Shown one piece after another: positions 10,020 to 19,802 of a stretch of DNA of 64,000 nt. The stretch is from Bacteroidetes bacterium 37-13 (GTDB lineage Bacteria; Bacteroidota; Bacteroidia; Chitinophagales; LD1), in assembly GCA_001897535.1 (NCBI GenBank), contig MKTC01000019.1, positions 26,535-90,534 on the forward strand, given 5' to 3'. The position numbers were made by a program, and so were the translations under genes. Position 1 is the first letter of the stretch; each line of letters starts with the position of its first letter. The notes under the pieces were generated by a model. The model was not told the origin of the DNA, searched no databases, and worked only from the letters and a program-made list of their open reading frames with translations.

Positions 10020-12074
10020 ATGAAGTTAAAGAATGCACTCTTGTTTTTAGCGGTTACGCTTTTCTTTCAATATGGTTTTTCGCAAATTGTGAATCCGGTG
10101 AAATGGAGTTGGAAAGTTGAAACCCTAAAAAATAATGAGTTCAATTTAATTTTCATAGCGAATATTGATAAAGGTTGGTACACCTATTCGCAGTTTGTGG
10201 GTGAAGGCGGACCAATTCCTACTTCGTTTACATTTGAAAAAAATAGCGATGTGCAGCTAATTGGAAAAGCTGCTGAAACCGGAAAAAAAATTGTTGAAGG
10301 ACAAGATGAAATTTTTGGAATTCATGTGAAAAAATTTGGTGAGCAAGCCACTTTTACACAGAAAGTAAAGTTGCTGAAAAGCACTAAGTTAAAAGGAAGT
10401 TTAGAGTTTATGGTTTGCGATGAAAGTCGCTGCCTGCCGCCAGATGGAAAGGAGTTTGAGTTCGATTTAAAAACAACAAACGATGGTACAGCAGCCACTC
10501 CGGTTGAAAACAAAACTCCAACAACTGAAGTAAATTTAACTACTACAGCCGATGTTGTACCTGATGTTTCAACACCAGCACCTAATGTTGCAATCGAAGA
10601 TGCTACGCCCAATTTACAACAGCTATCAACCGATAAAAAGTTTGGTGAACCAGTAAAAAATTGCGGTGTAGAAACAGCACATTCTCAAAATAAATCACTT
10701 TGGCAAATATTGGTGCTTGGGTTTCTTGGCGGCTTAATTGCATTGCTTACACCTTGTGTGTTTCCAATGATTCCGCTTACGGTTTCATTCTTTACCAAGC
10801 GAAATGAAAACCCTGCACGAGGAAAAGCAGAAGCGCTGTTTTATGCGTTTAGTATTGTGTTTATCTACTTTTTAATTAGTGTTCCGTTTCTAATTTTCAA
10901 TATCTCTCCCGATACGCTAAACGAAATTTCAACCGGAGCACCACTCAATATTTTCTTCTTTCTCATATTTGTAATCTTTGCGTTTTCATTTTTCGGTTAC
11001 TACGAAATTACACTACCGAGTTTTATTGCCAATCGTGTGGACTCTGCCTCAAATGTTGGCGGCATTATTGGTATATTTTTTATGGCATTAACGCTTGCCA
11101 TTGTTTCATTTTCTTGTACTGGTCCAATTTTAGGTTCTCTGTTGGTTGGGGCGCTTTCTTCAAGTGGCGGAAAATTAAATTTAGTAGTTGGTATGACTGC
11201 CTTTGGGTTGGCTCTGGCATTGCCTTTCGGCATATTTGCATTCTTTCCGCAAATGCTAAAATCATTGCCTAAAAGCGGTGGTTGGATGACAACGGTGAAA
11301 GTGGTTCTTGGATTTCTTGAACTTATTTTTGCTTTCAAGTTTTTATCGAATGCAGATTTAGTAATGCACTGGGGAATTTTAAAATACGAAGTTTTTCTTG
11401 CTATTTGGGTTGTTCTCGGCTTGGCTACATTCTTATATTTAATCGGTAAAATTCATTTTCCACACGACCACCCAACCAAAGTAATTTCTAAAGCACGTTG
11501 GGCTTGGGCAGGTATTTCCTTAGCTTTTGTGGTATATACAGCAAGTGGCTTGTTTGGTAATGAATTAAAGCTTTTCAGCGGTTTCCCACCACCAAAATTT
11601 TACTCTTTATTTAAGCATGAAGAAAAAATAAAAGTAGTGAAAGACTACGAAGAGGCGCTGGCGATTGCGAAAGCAGAAGGCAAACCTGTGATGATAGATT
11701 TTACGGGCTGGGCTTGTGTGAATTGCAGAAAAATGGAAGAAAATGTTTGGACTGATCCGGCAGTACACGCGCGTTTAAGTGAAAAATTTGTTTTAGCAAG
11801 TTTATATGTTGATGACCGCGAAGCACTGCCTGAAAGTGAGCAATATGTAAGTAAATTCAGTGGAAAGAAAATAAAAACAGTAGGTAATAAATGGAGCGAT
11901 ATGCAAGCAACTTATTTTAATAGCAACACACAGCCTTACTATGTTTTAGTGTCGCCAAATGAAGAGTTGCTTACGCCTGCAGTTGGCTACACACCAGAGA
12001 TTCAAGACTATTTACGCTTTTTAGATTGTGGTATAGAAGCAATGCACTCGCTTAAAATGAGTGCGCAGAAATAA
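10020..12074 (+). CDS. dsbD: Thiol:disulfide interchange protein DsbD (N-terminal domain, membrane core, C-terminal thioredoxin)
   Basis: Membrane Cys sites 'LTPCVFPMIPL' and 'SFSCTGPILG'. The C-terminal thioredoxin motif is 'WACVNCRKME'. Confidence 0.85.
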   Translation: MKLKNALLFLAVTLFFQYGFSQIVNPVKWSWKVETLKNNEFNLIFIANIDKGWYTYSQFVGEGGPIPTSFTFEKNSDVQLIGKAAETGKKIVEGQDEIFGIHVKKFGEQATFTQKVKLLKSTKLKGSLEFMVCDESRCLPPDGKEFEFDLKTTNDGTAATPVENKTPTTEVNLTTTADVVPDVSTPAPNVAIEDATPNLQQLSTDKKFGEPVKNCGVETAHSQNKSLWQILVLGFLGGLIALLTPCVFPMIPLTVSFFTKRNENPARGKAEALFYAFSIVFIYFLISVPFLIFNISPDTLNEISTGAPLNIFFFLIFVIFAFSFFGYYEITLPSFIANRVDSASNVGGIIGIFFMALTLAIVSFSCTGPILGSLLVGALSSSGGKLNLVVGMTAFGLALALPFGIFAFFPQMLKSLPKSGGWMTTVKVVLGFLELIFAFKFLSNADLVMHWGILKYEVFLAIWVVLGLATFLYLIGKIHFPHDHPTKVISKARWAWAGISLAFVVYTASGLFGNELKLFSGFPPPKFYSLFKHEEKIKVVKDYEEALAIAKAEGKPVMIDFTGWACVNCRKMEENVWTDPAVHARLSEKFVLASLYVDDREALPESEQYVSKFSGKKIKTVGNKWSDMQATYFNSNTQPYYVLVSPNEELLTPAVGYTPEIQDYLRFLDCGIEAMHSLKMSAQK

Positions 12075-12085
12075 TAGTGTAATAT

Positions 12086-13606
12086 TTAATCTGCTCTATA
12101 ATGACAACCTTTACTCTCGGTTCGCTTTAGCGCTGCTTCCACAATTAGTTTTGAGCAAGTAACCATATTCAACAATTCCATTGTGGCAATGGAAAATCCA
12201 TTTTCACATAAATCTTTTTCTGTTTTTTCTTGCAACTCATCTAATTCTTCAAAACAATAAGTGAGTTTACTTTCGGTGCGCACAATGCCGCAGTTGCGCC
12301 ACATTTGAGCTTGCAAATATCTTTTGAGGGCACCGACTTCTTGCTTACATTCTTCACAATTTACTTCAGGAGTTTTATATTCTAAGTTGCCAAAGATTGC
12401 TGAAGTAAATGTTTCTTGAATTTTTTGCTGTGTATCATTTGCAGCTTGCTTTGCAAATACTATTCCTTCTAAAAGTGAATTACTTGCCAATCTGTTTGCG
12501 CCATGCACGCCAGTTGCAGCACATTCACCGCAGGCATAAAGGTTTTCAATAGAACTTCTAGCATGCAAATCAGTTTTTATGCCTCCGCACATGTAATGCG
12601 CAGCAGGCACCACAGGAATCATATCTTTTGAAATATCTAAACCTTCGAGCAAGCAGCGTTCAAAAATATTAGGGAAATGTTTTTCTAAACTTTCTCTATC
12701 TAATTTGGTAGCATCTAAATATACAAACTCGCTATTGTCTTTATTCATTTCTTGAATAATGGCACGAGAAACAATATCGCGCGGTGCAAGTGATGATAAT
12801 GGATGAACATTCTCCATAAAAGTTTCGCCCTTGCTGTTTTTTAGTATTGCACCAAACCCGCGGAGGGCCTCTGTAATTAAGAAGGTTCTTCCTTTTCGGG
12901 CAAACAATGTTGTTGGATGAAATTGTACAAATTCCATGTCTTCCATTTCTGCCCCAGCTCTGTACGCCATTGCGAAACCATCACCTGTTGCCACATCTGG
13001 ATTGGTATTCTGTAAAAATACTTGACCAAGGCCACCGCTCGCCAACATGGTTACTTTTGCATTTACCTGAAGAAATTCTTCGCTGTCAGATTTGAAAATT
13101 AAAGCACCGTAGCATTTGTTTTCTTTCACTAAAAGGTCTATTGCAAAGTAGTTTTCGTAGATGGTAATATTGGTATTGTTTTTCACCACATTTACCAAAG
13201 CACTTTCTACTTCTTTTCCTGTTGCATCAGCGTGATGTACAATTCGTGCGTGCGAGTGTCCGCCTTCGCGATGTAGGTCAAATGTGCCATTATCTGTTTT
13301 GTTGAAATTTACACTTAGTTGTTCTAAATATAAAATGGCATCTTTTGCATTTTCGGCTAAAAGCCTTACACAATCTTTATTGCAGTGGTTATCTCCGGCT
13401 GTGAGTGTGTCGGAAATATGATTTTCTATTGAATCTTTATCGTCTAACACGGCAGCAATTCCACCTTGCGCATACATGGTGTTCGACTCGCCAATGTTTC
13501 CTTTGGTTACTATAAGTACTTTTGCAAAATCGGCACATCGAATAGCATAGGATAAACCAGCAATGCCACTACCGATTACTACAATATCATAGGTTTCATT
13601 TCTCAT
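12086..13606 (-). CDS. nadB: L-aspartate oxidase
   Basis: FAD-binding 'DIVVIGSGIAGLS', plus 'HSHARIVHHADATGKE' and 'GLYACGECAATGVHGANRLASNSLLE'. It overlaps the nadA stop by 4 nt. Confidence 0.9.
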   Translation of the reverse strand: MRNETYDIVVIGSGIAGLSYAIRCADFAKVLIVTKGNIGESNTMYAQGGIAAVLDDKDSIENHISDTLTAGDNHCNKDCVRLLAENAKDAILYLEQLSVNFNKTDNGTFDLHREGGHSHARIVHHADATGKEVESALVNVVKNNTNITIYENYFAIDLLVKENKCYGALIFKSDSEEFLQVNAKVTMLASGGLGQVFLQNTNPDVATGDGFAMAYRAGAEMEDMEFVQFHPTTLFARKGRTFLITEALRGFGAILKNSKGETFMENVHPLSSLAPRDIVSRAIIQEMNKDNSEFVYLDATKLDRESLEKHFPNIFERCLLEGLDISKDMIPVVPAAHYMCGGIKTDLHARSSIENLYACGECAATGVHGANRLASNSLLEGIVFAKQAANDTQQKIQETFTSAIFGNLEYKTPEVNCEECKQEVGALKRYLQAQMWRNCGIVRTESKLTYCFEELDELQEKTEKDLCENGFSIATMELLNMVTCSKLIVEAALKRTESKGCHYRAD

Positions 13607-14592
13607 GTAAATTGCAACATTCTTTTTATTGGCATATAAGCTCTGCTGATAACATCTTCCGGCAAAGTAATTTCGTAGTGCGACACCTTATCGGTTTCAA
13701 TAGATTTTAGTGCTGCCAATGTATTTTCTAAAGTTATTGTTTTCATATACGGGCATTTAAAACATGGTGTGATAAATTCCCTATCAGGATACATTCCTTT
13801 TAGTGTTGCGCCTAAATCACATTCCGAAGCAAGGATAAATTTTTGTGCTTTGCTTTCTCCAACATAGCGTAAAATATCGTTTGTGCTGCCCAATACACCA
13901 TCAGAATTTTCAAAAGAAGTGTTTATGGTTTCTTTTGGAACTTCCCAGTGCATCAGCATTTCAGCATCGGGATTCATGGCTTGCATTGCCTTCATATTTT
14001 TGCCTGTAAACTGCTCGTGCACTTCGCAGCTTCCATGCCAAAGTATGAGCTTTTTTCCTGTTTGTGCTTCTATATTTTGTTGAAGATTTTGCCCCATATA
14101 AACATCTGGAACAAATATCAATTCAGGTTCTTCAAAGGATTTTGCAATTGCTAAAGCATTGCGCGAAGTGCAGCAAATATCAACCTCTGCTTTAGTTTCT
14201 GCATACGTATTTACATAAGCAATTATTGGCACTCCGGGGTGTTTTTTTCTTAGTTCCTTAATGTCTTCTGCGGTGATTGAGGAAGCTAAAGAACAACCAG
14301 CGCCCATATCAGGAAGCAAAATATGTTTCTCCGGATTTAAAATTTTAGCGGTTTCTGCCATGAACTTAACACCGCAAAAAATCACATTTTTAGCTTTTAT
14401 TTTTGTTGCTTCAACACTCAATCCCAATGAGTCTCCAATAAAATCAGTGAAGCCACCTTTATCAACCGTAAGTTGTAAATCAGGCGTCATATAGTAATGC
14501 GCCAGAATTACCGCATCTTTTTCCTTTTTGAGCTGGTGAATTTCTTCTATTAACTCTTGTTTTGTTCTTCTACTTGTTGTTTGTGTTTCCAT
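13603..14592 (-). CDS. nadA: Quinolinate synthase
   Basis: 'AHYYMTPDLQ', 'FCGVKFMAETAKILNP' and 'GAGCSLA' motifs. It forms an operon with nadB. Confidence 0.9.
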   Translation of the reverse strand: METQTTSRRTKQELIEEIHQLKKEKDAVILAHYYMTPDLQLTVDKGGFTDFIGDSLGLSVEATKIKAKNVIFCGVKFMAETAKILNPEKHILLPDMGAGCSLASSITAEDIKELRKKHPGVPIIAYVNTYAETKAEVDICCTSRNALAIAKSFEEPELIFVPDVYMGQNLQQNIEAQTGKKLILWHGSCEVHEQFTGKNMKAMQAMNPDAEMLMHWEVPKETINTSFENSDGVLGSTNDILRYVGESKAQKFILASECDLGATLKGMYPDREFITPCFKCPYMKTITLENTLAALKSIETDKVSHYEITLPEDVISRAYMPIKRMLQFT

Positions 14593-15028
14593 TATTGCTC
14601 AATCCGATATTTAATATCTTTTTATATCACTCCAATTTTATTTTTAAAATATTACACGTACATTTTTATATCAAAATAATTGCTCAAAAAGAGGTGCAAT
14701 TATCCTGTTATTTTAATCAAAACAAAAGTACTTCATTGTATATAAAACAGCTATGATTAAAATCATGTTTTGTGTTATTTTAAATAGATTATATAAGAGT
14801 TTGAGCGAAGAAAGTATTCTAAATTCTCAATTTAAAAATTGAGATTCTATTTTTGTTTTTTTTCTATCATAATTTCTTTTAGAAAGAATGAGTATAGAAA
14901 TCCAAGCCTTGAAAAGCTTACTTCATTTCTCTTAAAAAAATCTTTTTCTATACCGCAATTTTTGTGCGTTGTAATTTTAATAACATATTCGCCCTAAAGC
15001 CGTTTCAAATAAAAGTAACAGCATAAAT

Positions 15029-16699
15029 ATGTGCATATTGAAAACCATTGTAAGTAAACCTAAGTTAGCTGTTTTAGCTTTAATTGCAGCCGTTGGAAGC
15101 ATTTCGCTTTCTTCGGTTTCATTCTTCGATATCAATAAAAATTTAGACATTTTCGGAACGCTGTATAAAGAACTAAATACGCTTTATGTAGATACGCTCG
15201 ACCACGAACAACTAATTACAGCAGGCATTACAAGTATGCTGGATCAAATTGATCCATACACCAATTATATTTCGGAAGATGATGCTGATGATTACAGAAT
15301 ACAAACTACCGGGAAATATGCAGGTATTGGTGCGTTGATTGGCACTCGTGATAATTATGTAATTATTACAGAGCCTTACGAAGGTTTCCCTGCTGCTAAA
15401 AGTGGCTTACAAGCAGGCGATAAAATTATTGAGATAAACGGTAAAAGTGTTCGTGCTTACAAAACTGATGATGTGAGCAAGTTGCTGAAGGGCACACCGG
15501 GTAGCGAGGTAACTTTAAAAATAAAAAGACTAAATGCTGAAGGAAAAGAAGATGAGTTGCCAATAAAGTTGCAGCGCGAAGAAATTAAAATTCGCAATGT
15601 ACCATATTACGGAATTGTTGAAGATAGCATTGCTTATATCAGACTTTCAAATTTTACCATGCGCGCAGGACAAGAAGTGCATAATGCTTTGCAGACTATG
15701 GAAAACAGTAAAGACCTAAAAGGAATAGTTTTGGATTTACGCGGAAACCCCGGTGGACTTTTAGATGAAGCCATCAATACTGCAAATGTTTTTGTGAATA
15801 GAAACACAGAAATTGTGAGTGTAAAAGGCAGACTAAAAGAAGATTCTTACACACGTAGAACAACGGGAGATGCGGTGAATACGAAATTGCCAATGGTAGT
15901 TTTAGCGAATGGAAATTCAGCATCGGCAGCAGAAATTGTTGCAGGCTCTATGCAAGATTTAGACCGTGCTGTGATTGTTGGTCAGCGTACTTTTGGTAAA
16001 GGCTTAGTACAAACTACCAAACCACTTCCATATAATGCCAAAATAAAAATTACCACAGCAAAATATTATATTCCAAGCGGCAGGTGCATACAAGCAATTA
16101 ACTATGCTGAGCGCGATAGCACCGGAAGAGTTACGCGCCTTCCGGATTCTTTGCGCACAGCCTTTAAAACAAAATCAGGCAGAGTGGTTTATGATGGCGC
16201 AGGTATTGAACCGGACGTTATTACCGAGCCTGAAAAAATTCATAGCCTTACTATTACGCTTTACGCACGCAATTATATTTTTGACTACGCAACGCTGTAC
16301 AAAGCTACACATAGCACTATTTCTCCTGCTGTGAAATTTTCACTCACAGATGCAGAATACAATGATTTTGTGAAGTGGGTTGCCAACAAAGAATACAAGT
16401 ACACTACACAGAGCGAAAAAATATTAGACGACTTAAAAACTGCTTCAGAAAAGGAACATTATTTTAAAAATATACAAGTGGAATTTGATTCGTTGCGTCA
16501 ACAAATTATACACGATAAAAAGCAAGATTTGTATAAACAGAAAGAGCAAATAAAAATGTTTTTGGAAGAAGAAATTGCTTCACGCTATTACTTAAACAGC
16601 GGTAGGGCAGAAGTGCAATGTCGCTATGATAACGACTTGAAAGAAGCGATAAAACTTTTGAGTGAACCGGCAAGAATGAACAAAATCCTGAATAAATAA
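15029..16699 (+). CDS. S41-family C-terminal processing peptidase with PDZ domain (copy 1)
   Basis: PDZ 'GLQAGDKIIEINGKS'. Catalytic region 'LDLRGNPGGLL...GNSASAAEIVAGSMQD...GQRTFGKGLVQ' carries the Ser/Lys dyad. Confidence 0.85.
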   Translation: MCILKTIVSKPKLAVLALIAAVGSISLSSVSFFDINKNLDIFGTLYKELNTLYVDTLDHEQLITAGITSMLDQIDPYTNYISEDDADDYRIQTTGKYAGIGALIGTRDNYVIITEPYEGFPAAKSGLQAGDKIIEINGKSVRAYKTDDVSKLLKGTPGSEVTLKIKRLNAEGKEDELPIKLQREEIKIRNVPYYGIVEDSIAYIRLSNFTMRAGQEVHNALQTMENSKDLKGIVLDLRGNPGGLLDEAINTANVFVNRNTEIVSVKGRLKEDSYTRRTTGDAVNTKLPMVVLANGNSASAAEIVAGSMQDLDRAVIVGQRTFGKGLVQTTKPLPYNAKIKITTAKYYIPSGRCIQAINYAERDSTGRVTRLPDSLRTAFKTKSGRVVYDGAGIEPDVITEPEKIHSLTITLYARNYIFDYATLYKATHSTISPAVKFSLTDAEYNDFVKWVANKEYKYTTQSEKILDDLKTASEKEHYFKNIQVEFDSLRQQIIHDKKQDLYKQKEQIKMFLEEEIASRYYLNSGRAEVQCRYDNDLKEAIKLLSEPARMNKILNK

Positions 16700-16711
16700 T
16701 TATAGAATAAG

Positions 16712-18379
16712 ATGCAGTTTTCACTAAAGAAAATAGGAGTAGTTTTAGGATGCACAATTGTACTGATTTCCATTTACGCTTTTGGAAATCGCTACTTTCA
16801 AATATCTAAAAACTTAGACATTATGGCGGCAGCTTACCGCGAAGTAAATACTTCGTATGTGGACGAAACCGATCCAAGCAAGTTGATGCGGAACTTAATT
16901 GACGGCATGCTAAAAACACTGGATCCATACACAAACTACTTTAGCCAAAGCCAAGTAGAAACAGCGCGAATGGAGCAAACCGGAAAGTTTGGAGGCATAG
17001 GAATTAAGGTGGATATTTTTGATGGAGTAGCAGTAATTACTCAGGTAGAAAAAGGCTTACCTGCGTATGAAAATAATTTGAAGCCTGGAGATAGAATTTT
17101 GGAAATTGATGGCACTGCAACCAAAGGAAAGTCTAAAGATGATATTGAAAGATTTTTGCGCGGGCAACCAAATACCACACTTAATTTAAAAATTGAAAAA
17201 GTGGTTGGTGAAAATCAGTATGAATCCAAAACGCTTAATCTCACAAGGTTAGAAACGCAAGAAACAAATGTGCCATACTTTGGAATGATTACTGACAACA
17301 CAGGTGTAATCCGTTTAAAAATATTTAATGAAAATGCGGCACGCGATGTACGACACGCTTTCGATAGCCTTAAACGCACCAACCCGAATATAAAGAGCTT
17401 AATTCTTGATTTGCGTGGCAATCCTGGAGGGCTTTTGCAAGAAGCTGTGAAGATTGTAAATCTATTTATTCCTCGAAATCAGTTAGTGGTTTCTACCAAA
17501 GGAAAAGTAGCAGAATGGAACACTACATTTAAAACTTTAGACGATCCGCTTGATACTAAAATTCCGGTGGCAGTTATCACAGATAATATGAGTGCTTCTG
17601 CATCGGAAATTGTTTCGGGTAGCTTACAAGATTTGGATAGAGGTGTAGTGGTTGGGCAAAGAACTTACGGCAAAGGATTGGTGCAAATTACCAAGAATTT
17701 AAACTATAACACAGTGTTGAAAGTAACTACTGCTAAATATTATATCCCAAGCGGACGCTGCATACAAGCAATAAATTATGCTGAAAGAAATGCTGATGGA
17801 AGCGTGAAGCACATTCCAGATTCGCTTAAAGTTGCTTTTAAAACTAAAGCCGGAAGAACCGTTTACGATGGTGGTGGAATTGATCCTGATATAGTATTAC
17901 CAAAGAAAGAATTGAGTAAAATTGCGCAGCAACTTATTTCAAAGCACCTGATTTTTGACTTTGCCACACAGTTTGCACTAAAGAATAAAACCATTGCTTC
18001 TGCAAAAGATTTTAAACTAAGTGAAAGTGAGTTCGATGGCTTTTTGCAATTCATAAAAAACAAAGATTATTCCTACACTACCGAAAGTGAGAATCTTTTA
18101 GAAAACTTAAAAGAAGCTGCTGAAGAAGAGAAATATTTTAATGCCATAAAAGAAAAATATGAAGCTATAAAAACAGGCTTAGCACATAATAAGCAACAAG
18201 ATGTGCTTAATGCAAAAGCAGAGATTAAAACTTTAATTGAAGCTGAAATTGTAAGTCGCTATTACTTTGCTCCAGGTTTTGAACAGCGACAAATGTTAGA
18301 AGACGAACGCGTTGCTAAAGCATTGGAGATACTCAACAACACAGCAAAATATACCGAAATTTTATCTGCTAAAAAATAG
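16712..18379 (+). CDS. S41-family C-terminal processing peptidase with PDZ domain (copy 2, tandem paralogue)
   Basis: Same architecture and length as copy 1. 'LDLRGNPGGLL...MSASASEIVSGSLQD...GQRTYGKGLVQ'. It begins 12 nt after copy 1 ends. Confidence 0.85.
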   Translation: MQFSLKKIGVVLGCTIVLISIYAFGNRYFQISKNLDIMAAAYREVNTSYVDETDPSKLMRNLIDGMLKTLDPYTNYFSQSQVETARMEQTGKFGGIGIKVDIFDGVAVITQVEKGLPAYENNLKPGDRILEIDGTATKGKSKDDIERFLRGQPNTTLNLKIEKVVGENQYESKTLNLTRLETQETNVPYFGMITDNTGVIRLKIFNENAARDVRHAFDSLKRTNPNIKSLILDLRGNPGGLLQEAVKIVNLFIPRNQLVVSTKGKVAEWNTTFKTLDDPLDTKIPVAVITDNMSASASEIVSGSLQDLDRGVVVGQRTYGKGLVQITKNLNYNTVLKVTTAKYYIPSGRCIQAINYAERNADGSVKHIPDSLKVAFKTKAGRTVYDGGGIDPDIVLPKKELSKIAQQLISKHLIFDFATQFALKNKTIASAKDFKLSESEFDGFLQFIKNKDYSYTTESENLLENLKEAAEEEKYFNAIKEKYEAIKTGLAHNKQQDVLNAKAEIKTLIEAEIVSRYYFAPGFEQRQMLEDERVAKALEILNNTAKYTEILSAKK

Positions 18380-18385
18380 TATTGG

Positions 18386-18709
18386 CTACAAGAAAAATTT
18401 AGCCACTACAATAGGTATAATATAAAGTATGGAAGCAAATATTACAGCACGAGCTGAAATATAATAGTTGCGCCAAATGAAAATAAAAAACACCATTAAG
18501 TTCATCACAATGCCTAAACTCATGAGTGGCGCAAACACTCTTGGGTCAAATACATAATTGATGTATTCTACAAATGGCATATAGCTAAATTTGGCTACGT
18601 AAAATAGCAATACACCAAGCCAAGGAGCTATCAATCCGAGAATAAATCCAGTTACAAATTTATCGTAGCGATATATAGAACTTCGTTCGTTTAATATTTT
18701 ATTCAGCAT
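18386..18709 (-). CDS. Small integral membrane protein, unknown function
   Basis: 107 aa with three hydrophobic segments. No recognisable motif. Confidence 0.45.
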   Translation of the reverse strand: MLNKILNERSSIYRYDKFVTGFILGLIAPWLGVLLFYVAKFSYMPFVEYINYVFDPRVFAPLMSLGIVMNLMVFFIFIWRNYYISARAVIFASILYIIPIVVAKFFL

Positions 18710-18790
18710 AATTTTTTACCTCAAAAGAAGAAATATTCAATACAATATTATTCTATAGAGGCGGAGTAATTCAGTAAAAAATATTAAATT

Positions 18791-19657
18791 CTATTTTACC
18801 AAAACCTTGCGCAATAAAGCACTGCCGCTGTTGTCCATTTCGCGCAAGCGGAAAAGTGCTTCAAATTGCTCTTGTAAAGCAGCTTCTACTTTAGATTTTA
18901 CTTGTTGTTGAGCTTCGGCATCTTCAAACTTGGTTTTAAACCGTTTGGTTGAAATTCTTTTGCCAAAACTAAAGTAAAGCTTTACTGGTTTGGGAATTAC
19001 AGAAAGCCCGAAACCCTTTACTAATGGCGGCATCAATTCGCCACCTTTAAAAACACTATCGGCAATTCCGGTAAATTTTAAAAATTTTCCAAATCCAGTT
19101 TCGCCTAAAATTTCGTTTGCATCTTTGGTGATGGTGTATGCTTCTTCTGCACCAACGGCAGCAACTGGAATTATATCATAACCGTATTGCATTGCCATGC
19201 GCACAAAGCCGTTTCTGTCGCTCCATTTCAAAATATATTCTTCTCCCTTTTTCTTGCAAATTTCCCTTGTGCCACCAGGGTAAACCAGCATGCTTTCTTT
19301 GCGCATCATCAATGCTGCACAGTTTTCGCGGCTGGCGCGCACCACGCCTAATCGCTGTGTAATTAAGTCGCGCCAAAATGGAATTTTAAAGTGGTTGTTA
19401 TCAGAAAGTGCACGCAGTACAATTCCTTTTTTTAAGTATAATTCTATACCAAACGGATAACCGTCCAATACGCCAAGAATGGTGTGATTACTCACAAACA
19501 TTGCTGGTTTTGAAACATCTAATTTTTCTAATCCATAAAAGTTGGGTGCAAACCAAAGCTTAAACGGGCGAATAAAATTTTTAGCAAAAGATTTTGATGG
19601 TGGATTAAAATCAAATTTAGATAAATCAATAACGCTTTTAGTTTTTTTCATGCTCAC
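18791..19657 (-). CDS. Lysophospholipid/glycerol acyltransferase family protein (PlsC/DAGAT-like)
   Basis: HX4D-like 'SNHTILGVLDG' and 'VYPGGTRE' blocks are characteristic of glycerolipid acyltransferases. Confidence 0.6.
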   Translation of the reverse strand: MSMKKTKSVIDLSKFDFNPPSKSFAKNFIRPFKLWFAPNFYGLEKLDVSKPAMFVSNHTILGVLDGYPFGIELYLKKGIVLRALSDNNHFKIPFWRDLITQRLGVVRASRENCAALMMRKESMLVYPGGTREICKKKGEEYILKWSDRNGFVRMAMQYGYDIIPVAAVGAEEAYTITKDANEILGETGFGKFLKFTGIADSVFKGGELMPPLVKGFGLSVIPKPVKLYFSFGKRISTKRFKTKFEDAEAQQQVKSKVEAALQEQFEALFRLREMDNSGSALLRKVLVK

Positions 19658-19802
19658 TCCGGTTTCTGCTTATGCTGCTAAGTTTCAAAACAAAAAAATG
19701 AAAAGCAACATTTGAGCGCTAAAATTATTGCAGAGTAAGAAAACAAGAAATTTAGGCTGAATAGAAAACTTCCTATTGCTATTTTTATATTTGTAAAATC
19801 CG

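Noticed and set aside
14593-14800. NAD+ riboswitch (nadA motif) upstream of nadA
   Set aside because: On the minus strand the leader is almost pure A/T, with no paired G/C-rich domains of the kind that motif needs. I could not find any conserved core.
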